64,000 nt of DNA from Cyanobacteria bacterium P01_F01_bin.150 (GTDB taxonomy: Bacteria > Cyanobacteriota > Cyanobacteriia > CAKZMO01). Every line of letters starts with the position of its first letter. The stretch's first letter is position 1. A program made the position numbers and the translations under genes. Where the stretch lies: positions 64,001-128,000 of the forward strand of contig JBCCYL010000002.1 of NCBI GenBank assembly GCA_039189765.1, read 5' to 3'. Of the stretch, positions 21,001-29,192 are shown piece by piece. Below the pieces are notes generated by a model. It searched no databases and had not been told where the DNA came from. It saw only the letters and a list, made by a program, of their open reading frames with translations.

Positions 21001-24000
21001 AAAGTTGTTATTACTATGAAAAGCTAAGAGAAAAACTTGACTTAGTAGAACTTTTTCATGATTTATCTGCTTGTTACCGTGCTTGGAGAAAGTATAAACA
21101 AGCCCTGCGTTGTGAGATGAAAGCTTTAAAGATATGTCAAGAAATTGGGGGAAAGAGAGAGTTAGCAAGAACCTATAATTTTATAGGGATGACTTATGAT
21201 TCTTGGGATAAACACGAGCAAGCGGTTGATTATTATCACAAATCACTCAATGCTTTTCAAGATCTAGAAGACTTAGATTATCAGTCTATTATATGGTCTA
21301 ATTTAGCATTTTGCCATAAAAATTGGGCAAAATATGATAAAGCGATAAACTGCTTAGAAGAATGTTTGGCTTTAGAGAAGAAATTAGAAAATAAATCAAG
21401 AATAGCGGATATTTTTAATAGTTTTGGTAATGTTTATCGTGCTTTGGATAAGTATGAAGAGGCCATCGATTACTACAAAAAAAGTAGTGAAATTTACAAC
21501 GAAACTTCTCAGCATAAAAAACAGGCAGAGCAACTACATGAAATTTCCTTCTGTTATTTATACGATGGAAAACATGAGAAAGCAATACATGCGGCGCAGC
21601 AAGAGTTATCCATACGCCAAGATCTTGATAATCCACTTTACATCGCCATGAGTTACGATCTGATAGCGAAAGGCTATGAGTATTCTAAAAAATATGAGGA
21701 AGCAATTACTCACTACAAAAAAAGTTGCAGCTCCTATGAGCAAGTTAATCGAGATGAGAATATTGCTAAAAACTATACATCTATTGCATCTCTATATTCT
21801 GAACGTAGTAGATATGAAGAATCAATTTTGTATTACGAGAAAAGTGCTAGTATTTACACTCAACTGAACAATTTTCACCAACTTAGAGATCAATTATTCA
21901 ATATATCAGTTTGCTACAGCAAACTAGGTAGGGCAGAGGAAGCCCTAGAAATTCTTCAAAAGAGTCTAAGAATAGCCCAAAAGCAAAATAACATACTAGC
22001 AATAGCCTTTGATTCCTCGTGTGTTGGCACAACTTATAAGACCTTAGGAAAATATAAGCAGGCTATCAAGTTTTATAAGAAAAGCTATGATATCTATAAG
22101 AAAATTAGATTTGAAGAATCCGCTGCCAATAAATGTTTCGACATTTCTGCCTGCTATTCTCACCTAAACCAATTTGACTTAGAGTTGGCATATAAAAATA
22201 AGGAATTGAAAATCAGAGAAAAGCTTGGTGATCAGTCTTTTATTGCTGTAATTCATCGACAATTGGGTCGATTTTATATGCAACAAGAAAAATATAAAAA
22301 AGCAATCTCTAATTATGATAAAAGTCGTATCTGTTATGAGAAGTTAGAACAAGCGGATGATGTGGCATCACAGTGGAATAATTTAGGAATTTGTTATCGA
22401 CGATGTCGTCAATATGAGAAAGCGATTGCCTGTGATATTAATGCTTTAAATATCTGGAAAGAGATTGAGAATAAATCTGAATCGGCTCTTACAAGCGATT
22501 TTATAGGAATTGCATATGATAATTGGGATAAATTTGAGGAAGCTATTGATTACTATAAAACAAGCTACACACAATTTATTGAGTTAGATCAAGAAGATAA
22601 TGCTCTGATAGTTTTGGGAAATCTAGCGAATTGTTGTGAGACACGACAAAAGTATTCGGAAGCCCTAAAGTGGCTTCAACAATGTTTAGTTTTTCAGGAA
22701 AAGCTAGAGCAGAGAGAGGATATCGCGAACACACTCCAGAGGATTGGAGACCTCTATCTTAAGTTACAACAATACGAAGAAGCAATTTCTCATTATGATC
22801 AAAGTCGTATCTGTTATGAGAAGTTAGAACAAGCAAATGATATGGCAACACAATGGAATAATTTGGGCACCTGTTATAGACGGTGTGGTCAATACAAAAA
22901 AGCGATTGACTGTAATAGCAACGCTTTAAATATTTGGACAGAGATTGAAAATGAATCTGAATTGGCTTTTACAAATAATTTTATAGGGATGGCATATGAC
23001 AATTGGGATAAATTTGAAGAAGCTACTAATTATTATCAAATAAGCTACACACGATTTATCGAGTTAGAGCAGGAAAATAATGCCATTATAGTTTTGGGAA
23101 ATCTGGCTAATTGCTGTGAAACACAGCAAAAGTATTCGGAAGCTTTAAAGTGGCATCAGCAATGTTTGGTTTTGCAGGAAAAGCTAGAGCAGAAAGAAGA
23201 TATCGCGAACACGCTCCAGAAGCTTGGTGGTCTCTATCTCAAGTTGCAGCAATATGAGGAAGCAATTGCCCATTATGAAAATAGTCGTGATTGTTATGAA
23301 CAATTGGGACTAGATGATAATATCGCTAATCAATGGCGTAACTTAGCTGACTGTTATATAGAAGGCAGCAGTTATGAGAAAGCAATTGACTGTGCACTTA
23401 AAAATTTAGAGATACGTCGAAAACTTGACGATCCCCAAGCCCTAGCTAAAGCCTATAACTTCGTTGGTATTGCTTGTGACGATGGAAGCCAGTATGAACA
23501 GTCCATTGCTCATTATCAGAAAAGTTGTGAAATATTTGAAACGTTACACCAAACTCATAATGTTGCCACCGTTATGAAGAACATGGCCATGTGCTACGAG
23601 AACTGGGAGAAGTACGAAGAAGCATTAGAGCGTTATCAAAAATGTTTAGTCTTGCAGCAAGAGGCTGATGATAAGGAAAAAGTTGCTAGCACCCATAGTA
23701 GCATTGCACACCTCTATCATGATTTAAAGCGCTATGAAGAGGCTATCCTAAGTTATCAAAGTAGCTGTGAAATTTACCAAGAACTTGGAAATGAAGAAGA
23801 AGCTGCTAGTCTGTGGTTTTGGATCGCACATTCTTATAAGGAATTAGGTGAGCCTAGATTAGAGTTAAAAGCAAAACAAGAGGAACTGTTGGTTCGACAA
23901 AAACTGAACGATTTGCCGGAAATTGCTCAAATATACTCTTGGATAGGACATTTATACCACAAACATAATCAGTATGAAGATGCGATTTCTTATTTTCATA

Positions 24001-25271
24001 AAAGCTCAAATATTTATCAGGACTTAGACGAGGAAAATGATTTTGCAAAGGAGCTTTTGTATCTAGCAAATAGTTACTTTAATCTTGATGATTACACGCA
24101 AGCTCTCCAATACCAAAAGCAAGGCCTAGCCATTCATCAGGCTTATGAAGATATAGAGTGGGTAGCCCTTGCTTTTCGTCAATTAGGTCAAATTTATAAG
24201 GCTTTAGGTCAATATGAAGAAGCCATTAACCAATACCAAGAAAGACGAGAAATCAATCAACAGCTCAAGGAAGACGAAAAAGTAGCTTATGATTGGTCTC
24301 GAATCGCCTCTTGTTACTTGGAGTGGGGTAAAGCTGATTTATTTGTATCTGCTAAGCAGCAAGAATTAGCAATTTATCAGAAACTGGATGTTCAGTCTGA
24401 GATTAAAACACTCCATTTTGAGCTTGGTTCTACTTACCAGAAGTGGGAAAATTATGAATCTGCCATTACTCACTACCAACAAAGTCTTGAAATTGCCGAA
24501 CATCTGGACTTAAAAGATCGCATGGCTTACAGGTTATCTGATCTGGCAGTTTGTTATCGGGCACTGAAAGACTATGAAATGGCGATCGCCCACTATCAAA
24601 AGAGTTTAGACCTACGTCAGGCTTTAGCAGATCATAGAGAAAGTGTTGCTATCCAATATACAGAATTAAGCAACACTAAACGCCTGTGGGCAAAGGAGGT
24701 AGCGCAAGATCAAGCCGTTCCCCTTCTTCAGCAAGCCAATCAACATCTGCAACAAGCATTGCAGCTAGATACTGAAGGGGACTATCGTGGGAATCTGGCT
24801 TACGATCATATCTCCCATGCCCTGTTGATTGCTGAATCCTTGCGTCAGGGGACGGGAAGTAACGAAGTAGTGGGTGACCAAATAGCGGAGTTTCGAAAAG
24901 CATATGAGAAAGGATTTGAACTCTTTGCCGAATTAGATCAGACCGTTAGTAAGGCTGAAGAAGCCTTAGAGATTGCCCGTGCCTATCTGGAAATCGAGCC
25001 ATTGCGGGACTTAGAGCAGGCGGAAAAGCTGGCCCAGCAATCCCTGCAAACCTTCCAAGAGTTTAACCGTCGTAAACCACAAGCCATAGCCTACAGGCTA
25101 TTGGGCGAAATTTCCCTACGGCGCATGGTTGATAAGGGTGAGAATAATGATGATGAGAGGACAATAGCGACTCGATATCTTAACAGCAGCCTTAAAATTT
25201 ACCGTGAGTTGACTATTGATCGGAAGGTTGGAGATTTGGAAGAGCTGTTGGGAAAGGCAGAAAGCAGTTAG
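18096..25271 (+). CDS. Giant NLR-like protein: N-terminal domain + NACHT NTPase + ~30 TPRs (~2,390 aa)
   Basis: LDQIYVSL, Walker A GDPGAGKT, Walker B LLLLDGLDE, ITSR, NPLLL, FMHLTFEEYFAA; ~40-aa periodic TPRs from ~20930; ATG 18096 lies 4 bp after the upstream stop. Confidence 0.92.
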   Translation: MVSELVPNSSNPIPPVPLEAELNAADQEELANLANVVALSDRTVVLFVIAPDSAPKHPVTLALKAELAALGESEFLTLHYSDDSLFKFLNRLDRDDSPENQPERRVVMAFGLEQLPLPRLRQEMQQLNLGRERIFERNLVLVFWLNRESFLDEFRSYAADFWDWHTSIARFTTRPPVNPQLYPYLEWMIAENSHLKMSGIMQVNRQVDIFLDQIYVSLKGEWVEVSRESAKDQDIAEEDQIASYRIPKRKGLDAGLVNDLELLSHQEKAFHDSAESEQRQKVSHIVDLADTVRYHKHSVILGDPGAGKTTLLRYLARHFALAQREYDPNKAIENVKGGQQEDLGPLRLPILFRIADYAERLATQPDLTLVGYLKQFYHQWQNQFEDADGEAITQLLLRKMAQGDCLLLLDGLDEVFDQANRAVVVKQIQRLVDDYAANKFVITSRLAGYREAALGSRFREFTITPMDEAQIEQFLQRWCLAIEEGQRPDADKTLQQRDAERETTGIMAAISTNSGVKRFATNPLLLTILALIHRNGTQLPQRRVELYELAAKTLIEDWQQGRNVPYGAKPQKLVLREDEVTELLAPLAFRMHAEKPSGLIEQAQAEEWLTPKMMELYGVEEGAALKLVRQFLRKVRETTGLFVERGPGAYGFMHLTFEEYFAARYIADHERDQILEIIQSHISDPRWEEPSLLALSYLKKHFPVRFQGLFEALFNDLTLLDQELCSQQQGSYLREIKFKLLRLKNRLNKRNRFYLPLIQPLRSFVRIVMLSPVQFLLGLINFYTEFFLFKYVTSLRFENFKKEHNYFFSKVKLAILALKNIEMSWASFSQLLRGVMAAEIIFESSIFSSSDSSRLHVIGTWLEDLRGLFLESAELSRTDMGLEDLLSDYLKLTSNDLLLDQKIQESSQRIFFELSNTYFSFSESETIVDVVERLNLDPIVKTRAVAYSQAGSIYKEHNKHEEAVFHYQKSCYYYEKLREKLDLVELFHDLSACYRAWRKYKQALRCEMKALKICQEIGGKRELARTYNFIGMTYDSWDKHEQAVDYYHKSLNAFQDLEDLDYQSIIWSNLAFCHKNWAKYDKAINCLEECLALEKKLENKSRIADIFNSFGNVYRALDKYEEAIDYYKKSSEIYNETSQHKKQAEQLHEISFCYLYDGKHEKAIHAAQQELSIRQDLDNPLYIAMSYDLIAKGYEYSKKYEEAITHYKKSCSSYEQVNRDENIAKNYTSIASLYSERSRYEESILYYEKSASIYTQLNNFHQLRDQLFNISVCYSKLGRAEEALEILQKSLRIAQKQNNILAIAFDSSCVGTTYKTLGKYKQAIKFYKKSYDIYKKIRFEESAANKCFDISACYSHLNQFDLELAYKNKELKIREKLGDQSFIAVIHRQLGRFYMQQEKYKKAISNYDKSRICYEKLEQADDVASQWNNLGICYRRCRQYEKAIACDINALNIWKEIENKSESALTSDFIGIAYDNWDKFEEAIDYYKTSYTQFIELDQEDNALIVLGNLANCCETRQKYSEALKWLQQCLVFQEKLEQREDIANTLQRIGDLYLKLQQYEEAISHYDQSRICYEKLEQANDMATQWNNLGTCYRRCGQYKKAIDCNSNALNIWTEIENESELAFTNNFIGMAYDNWDKFEEATNYYQISYTRFIELEQENNAIIVLGNLANCCETQQKYSEALKWHQQCLVLQEKLEQKEDIANTLQKLGGLYLKLQQYEEAIAHYENSRDCYEQLGLDDNIANQWRNLADCYIEGSSYEKAIDCALKNLEIRRKLDDPQALAKAYNFVGIACDDGSQYEQSIAHYQKSCEIFETLHQTHNVATVMKNMAMCYENWEKYEEALERYQKCLVLQQEADDKEKVASTHSSIAHLYHDLKRYEEAILSYQSSCEIYQELGNEEEAASLWFWIAHSYKELGEPRLELKAKQEELLVRQKLNDLPEIAQIYSWIGHLYHKHNQYEDAISYFHKSSNIYQDLDEENDFAKELLYLANSYFNLDDYTQALQYQKQGLAIHQAYEDIEWVALAFRQLGQIYKALGQYEEAINQYQERREINQQLKEDEKVAYDWSRIASCYLEWGKADLFVSAKQQELAIYQKLDVQSEIKTLHFELGSTYQKWENYESAITHYQQSLEIAEHLDLKDRMAYRLSDLAVCYRALKDYEMAIAHYQKSLDLRQALADHRESVAIQYTELSNTKRLWAKEVAQDQAVPLLQQANQHLQQALQLDTEGDYRGNLAYDHISHALLIAESLRQGTGSNEVVGDQIAEFRKAYEKGFELFAELDQTVSKAEEALEIARAYLEIEPLRDLEQAEKLAQQSLQTFQEFNRRKPQAIAYRLLGEISLRRMVDKGENNDDERTIATRYLNSSLKIYRELTIDRKVGDLEELLGKAESS
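22291..23250 (+). repeat. Intragenic tandem duplication, 2 x 480 bp (4 TPRs each)
   Basis: AAAGTCGTATCTGTTATGAGAAGTTAGAACAAGC at 22321 and 22801; other matches keep the 480 offset. Confidence 0.9.
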
Positions 25272-25306
25272 ATTTTGGATTTTAGATTTTAGATTTTGGG
25301 TTTTGG
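25270..25306. repeat. Heptamer tandem repeat [A/G]GATTTT ~5x (reverse complement of the 9784 array)
   Basis: agattttggattttagattttagattttgggttttgg at the NACHT gene stop. Confidence 0.8.
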
Positions 25307-25375
25307 GTGGAGTAATTTGCCTGTGGGAATACTTTTATAACGCTTCGATGGAAAGAAAGACTTCTGCCCTCTGCT

Positions 25376-25769
25376 CTAGAAGTCTTCTGGGTCCAATCCC
25401 ATTTGGCGTAATCGTGCCGCTAGCTGTTCTGCCCGTTGCAATGCGATTTGTTCTCGTTGTTGGGCGGATTCTCTGAGCGATCGCTCCTCCTCCAACGCTT
25501 GCTGAACTGACTGATTGAGCGATCGCTCCTCCTCCAACTGTTGCTGGGCCTCTTCTTCAGGTAGCAGAACTAAAGCTCCACTTTCGGTAAAGAATCACAA
25601 TTTATCACCATTGTGCAGCCCCACAAAAAGCTCCATCTGGTCACTCCACAACTGACCATTATCGTTGGGCTGTAGCTCCTGATATTGACCATTGATGAGG
25701 GTAAAGCCTCGAAACTCCTTTGTTTCGGGATGGAGCCAAAAATAATTCGATACCTGCCACTCGTCTTGG
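25376..25769 (-). pseudogene. 3' fragment of a Uma2-family gene with an in-frame TGA
   Basis: Manual translation QDEWQVSNYFWLHPETKEFRGFTLINGQYQELQPNDNGQLWSDQMELFVGLHNGDKL*FFTESGALVLLPEE...RAEQLAARLRQMGLDPEDF*; 5' half absent. Confidence 0.85.
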
Positions 25770-25810
25770 GACGTTTTTGGTCCCTCGCTGCGCGGGGGAC
25801 CAAAAGCGTC
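25770..25810. repeat. 19-bp-stem hairpin (2 mismatches), triloop TGC/GCA
   Basis: GACGTTTTTGGTCCCTCGC-TGC-GCGGGGGACCAAAAGCGTC. Confidence 0.8.
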
Positions 25811-25816
25811 TATGTC

Positions 25817-26167
25817 CTAACTGAAGTGACCACAGCTATACTGGTCGCCAAGACCACCAGTGCTCCACATTTTGCATTGTGTATCTAATCCAGTCCACAA
25901 ATGTGCCTTACTCGCTTTGTTCTTTTTAGTGCGATCGCAAATTAGAAACGTTTCCCATAAATTTTCATGACCATTTGAACGTGACCAATGTTGCAAATCA
26001 ATCATCTTAACCTGTTGAATTTTGGAGACTAAATCTACCGCACTTAGCAGGGTTTCAAACAAGTAGTTGTGGAAATATAATCCTTGTGTCAGGTTGACTT
26101 TAATGCGATGTGAGCCATCTAACCGACCAACAGCAATTTCTACGTTTGGTGATAGGTTGATTTTCAT
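25817..26167 (-). CDS. Hypothetical protein, possibly 3'-truncated
   Basis: 116-aa ORF just downstream of the carotenoid enzyme gene; ends 7 bp from the hairpin. Confidence 0.45.
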   Translation of the reverse strand: MKINLSPNVEIAVGRLDGSHRIKVNLTQGLYFHNYLFETLLSAVDLVSKIQQVKMIDLQHWSRSNGHENLWETFLICDRTKKNKASKAHLWTGLDTQCKMWSTGGLGDQYSCGHFS

Positions 26168-26183
26168 AAGAGCTGAGTTTTCT

Positions 26184-27743
26184 CTAGATTCCGAGCTTAT
26201 CCAATAGTTCCACCGTTTGTTCGGGCTTTACTAAACCGTTGGCGCAGAGGATGCCTGAGGCAGCTACGGCTGGAACGCCGATGCCGGGTACGGTGCTGTC
26301 GCCGACTCGGTATAGTCCTTTGATGGGCGTTTTGTTACCGGGGAACGTGGCTTGGCCTGCGGCGATCGCCGGACCATACGTACCCTGATAGCGTCGTAAA
26401 TAGCGCGCATGGGTAAGGGGAGTGCCAATTAGCTCTAGGGTGATGCGATCGCGAATATCGGGAATTACCTTTTCCAAGGCTCGGAATAGAGGTTGCGATC
26501 GCTCTTGCTTTTGGCTGCGATACTGGTCGTCCCGCTGACCGTTCTGGTCCCAATCGTTTTGCTGCCAGTTGCTGTAGGACTCCAGCGTATAGGCATGGAC
26601 GACGTGATGGCCGTCCGGTGCTAGATTTTTGTCCCATACAGACGGGATAGAAATCATGCAGGTATTGCCGGGAACCGTAATATCTGTATTCTGATCGTGG
26701 ACCACTACGTGGTGTCCAGTTAAATGATCTAGCCCATCGGCGCGAATGCCCAAATGCAGATGCATAAAGCTCTCTACCGCTGGCGTTTCTAACGCTTTTG
26801 TACGGTAGGAACTGGGCAGATCCTCAGGATCTAGCAGGTGATTATAGGTATCCCACAGGGTAGCGTTGGAAATAACGGTGGGCGCATGCAGAACTTTACC
26901 CTTGCGGAGTTTGACGCCGACTGCGCGATTATCTTTAACAATAATTTGCTCTATATGGGCATTAAGCTTTACCTGACCACCCCATTTTTCCAGACCGCTA
27001 ACCAAGGCAGCAATAATTGCGCCACTGCCGCCGATGGGATAGTCGATCACCGATTCGGAGCGTTCGCCAAACATAAACGCCATTTCAGGCATTACGGTGC
27101 CGCTGGCCTTTAGCCCCGACAGCAAAAAGCATTCCACATCTAATAGGCGCTGGACCCAAGGATCTTGCAGAGTACGATCGGACCACTGACTCACCGGACC
27201 ATTGACCACTCCCACATAGGGCAGCATCTTGGCCATATTCCAGGCGTAGCGTTTAAACAGTAGCGGAATGGCGTTAAGGTCAGGGCGAAGAGCTAGAGTA
27301 GGAATGCCCTTGAGGGCGTCGTATAGACCCAGCAGTTTGGCCTCTAGCTGCTGGAGCTGCTTTGCGCCTGTGGGGGTAATAGCGGCGATCGCCTCTCGAT
27401 AACGATCTGCATCGCCATAGATAGGTAGGGTTGCATCAGGGAAATAATAATGCCCCAGCGGATCGTAGGGAATAGTTTCCAGGGGCTGTTCCAGCACATC
27501 CAGTACCTGGCGCAAAGGGTTGAGGGAGGGGCGATCGGCTCCAGCCCCCACGTTACCTAAGCCACAGTAGAAAGAGGGACCAGAATCAAAATGAAATCCC
27601 TTACGGGTAAAACTATGGGCCGCGCCCCCGGCAATGCTGTGACTCTCGCATACCAAAACCCGCTTACCATAACGAGCCAGCAATGCACCAGCAACTAGAC
27701 CACCAATGCCGCTGCCAATAATTATGACGTCTGCATCCTGCAT
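26184..27743 (-). CDS. Phytoene desaturase/carotene isomerase (CrtH/CRTISO-like) FAD oxidoreductase
   Basis: IIIGSGIGGL, GFHFDSGPS, FMHLHLG, GTPLTH, GTYGP, VGDSTVPGIGVPAVAASG. Confidence 0.88.
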   Translation of the reverse strand: MQDADVIIIGSGIGGLVAGALLARYGKRVLVCESHSIAGGAAHSFTRKGFHFDSGPSFYCGLGNVGAGADRPSLNPLRQVLDVLEQPLETIPYDPLGHYYFPDATLPIYGDADRYREAIAAITPTGAKQLQQLEAKLLGLYDALKGIPTLALRPDLNAIPLLFKRYAWNMAKMLPYVGVVNGPVSQWSDRTLQDPWVQRLLDVECFLLSGLKASGTVMPEMAFMFGERSESVIDYPIGGSGAIIAALVSGLEKWGGQVKLNAHIEQIIVKDNRAVGVKLRKGKVLHAPTVISNATLWDTYNHLLDPEDLPSSYRTKALETPAVESFMHLHLGIRADGLDHLTGHHVVVHDQNTDITVPGNTCMISIPSVWDKNLAPDGHHVVHAYTLESYSNWQQNDWDQNGQRDDQYRSQKQERSQPLFRALEKVIPDIRDRITLELIGTPLTHARYLRRYQGTYGPAIAAGQATFPGNKTPIKGLYRVGDSTVPGIGVPAVAASGILCANGLVKPEQTVELLDKLGI

Positions 27744-27757
27744 AGAAAAACGAATCC

Positions 27758-28114
27758 TTAAGCGCCTAAAATCTCTTGCAATACCTCTTCAGATGCTCGA
27801 AAACCCACCAGAACTGCCGTGCCGTCTTTTACAAACAGAGGACGCTTAAGCAGCATGGCATCCGCTGCAAATGCCTCCACCCACTGTTCATCGCTCCAGC
27901 TCTTTTTCTCTTCCCCAATGGCGCGATAGGACATGCCAGAGGTATTCCGCATGGGTTTTGCACCCAAAGCTGCTACCCATTCCTGAATCATTTCTTTTGT
28001 GGGCATTTCTTCTTTGGTATTGATAAAGTCATAGGCTACCCCATGCTCATCCATCCATTTAAATGCCTTTTTACAGGTGCCACAATTGGGAATTCCATAT
28101 ACTTGAATTGCCAT
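27758..28114 (-). CDS. ArsC/Spx/MgsR-family protein
   Basis: YGIPNCGTCKKA, NTSGMSYR, MLLKRP. Confidence 0.9.
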   Translation of the reverse strand: MAIQVYGIPNCGTCKKAFKWMDEHGVAYDFINTKEEMPTKEMIQEWVAALGAKPMRNTSGMSYRAIGEEKKSWSDEQWVEAFAADAMLLKRPLFVKDGTAVLVGFRASEEVLQEILGA

Positions 28115-28152
28115 AGGTTAGCTCTTTCACATCACTCTCTACACATCACGGG

Positions 28153-28173
28153 GGCTTAAAGCTTAAGCCGGGA
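28153..28173 (+). mobile_element. Solo end of the MITE-like element at 60558-60638
   Basis: GGCTTAAAGCTTAAGCCGGGA, 20/21 identical to 60558-60578. Confidence 0.6.
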
Positions 28174-28238
28174 AAGATTCAACTAGAAATATAAGCTCTC
28201 TGGGTATTCTAGTGGGGGATTGGAAATGTTGCAGCTCT

Positions 28239-29078
28239 CTAGCGGCTGACAATTCCAGACCACTGCACCTTTTTAAGACGTTCCCTCCGATAGGAGAAAA
28301 AGTGTTCAGGGGTCTGAAAGGTACAGTAGGGCGCGATCGCTACCTGTCCCTCAGTCATCCCCAACGATTCAAGCTGTAATTGATTGACCCGACGTACGTC
28401 CAACCGTGCCCGACCCTCTTGGTTATCCTCTAAGACTGGCGGATTACGGATAGCTTGCACTTGAATCAGAATATGATCCACATCAGTATCGGTAAGCGAA
28501 TCTTGGACAAGACGATTAGACAAAACCGTCTGGCTGACCTGAGCTGCAACAGTGGTGGAGACCTGGTATACCTCACCGTCAATTGCGGGTCCCAATGCTA
28601 CCCGGATATCTTGAATCTGACTGCCTTGCTGCTGCATTTGACGAATCGCCACTGGAATAATCTGTTGGGCCGTGCCGCGCCAGCCCGCATGGACTGCTGA
28701 TACGGCTCCTGTCTTAACATCAGCAATTAACGCAGGGGTGCAGTCTGCGGACGCGACCCATAGGGCTTGTCCCGCTTTTTCAGACATTAGCCCATCAGCA
28801 TTTGGAAACGGAAACTGTTCATCTTGCTGTTGACGTTGTTGTTGATAATGGTCAACAGCAGTGGGGGTTAAAACACAGTTGCCGTGGACTTGTTTGACCC
28901 GATAGGCCGTGGCGCTAGGATCGAGATCCGGAGTAATTTCGGCAGGGGGAGAAGGCCACCAGGCATGGGTAAAAAAGCCATGGTTCCAGGGAGCTAGTAA
29001 ATCACAGGTTAAATAGGCGCGTTGACTTGTCTGTGCAGAGCCCGCATCGCCTGCTTTTTTCCACGTCCAGGTATGCAT
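28239..29078 (-). CDS. pgeF: PgeF/YfiH (purine nucleoside phosphorylase-like, DUF152)
   Basis: HGFF, QVHG, ADCTP, VHAGWRGT, FFSYRR. Confidence 0.92.
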   Translation of the reverse strand: MHTWTWKKAGDAGSAQTSQRAYLTCDLLAPWNHGFFTHAWWPSPPAEITPDLDPSATAYRVKQVHGNCVLTPTAVDHYQQQRQQQDEQFPFPNADGLMSEKAGQALWVASADCTPALIADVKTGAVSAVHAGWRGTAQQIIPVAIRQMQQQGSQIQDIRVALGPAIDGEVYQVSTTVAAQVSQTVLSNRLVQDSLTDTDVDHILIQVQAIRNPPVLEDNQEGRARLDVRRVNQLQLESLGMTEGQVAIAPYCTFQTPEHFFSYRRERLKKVQWSGIVSR

Positions 29079-29192
29079 GAATATGATTTAGTGAGAGAAT
29101 TGGCGAGATAGTCGAATAAGTTGTTCCATCTGTTCTGGGGCGATTATAGCGATTAGCGTCTGTTCTTTCGAACTCATTCTTTATCTACCTCC

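Noticed and set aside
22291..23250. Near-identical repeat pair as a DGR template/variable repeat
   Set aside because: Both copies are in-frame, tandem and coding; differences are not confined to adenines; no reverse transcriptase in the window
16790..24580. HIP1 scarcity as proof of horizontal transfer of the ATPase/NACHT locus
   Set aside because: Multi-kb HIP1 gaps also occur elsewhere (about 1-3900 and 57000-60800), so it is not diagnostic without statistics
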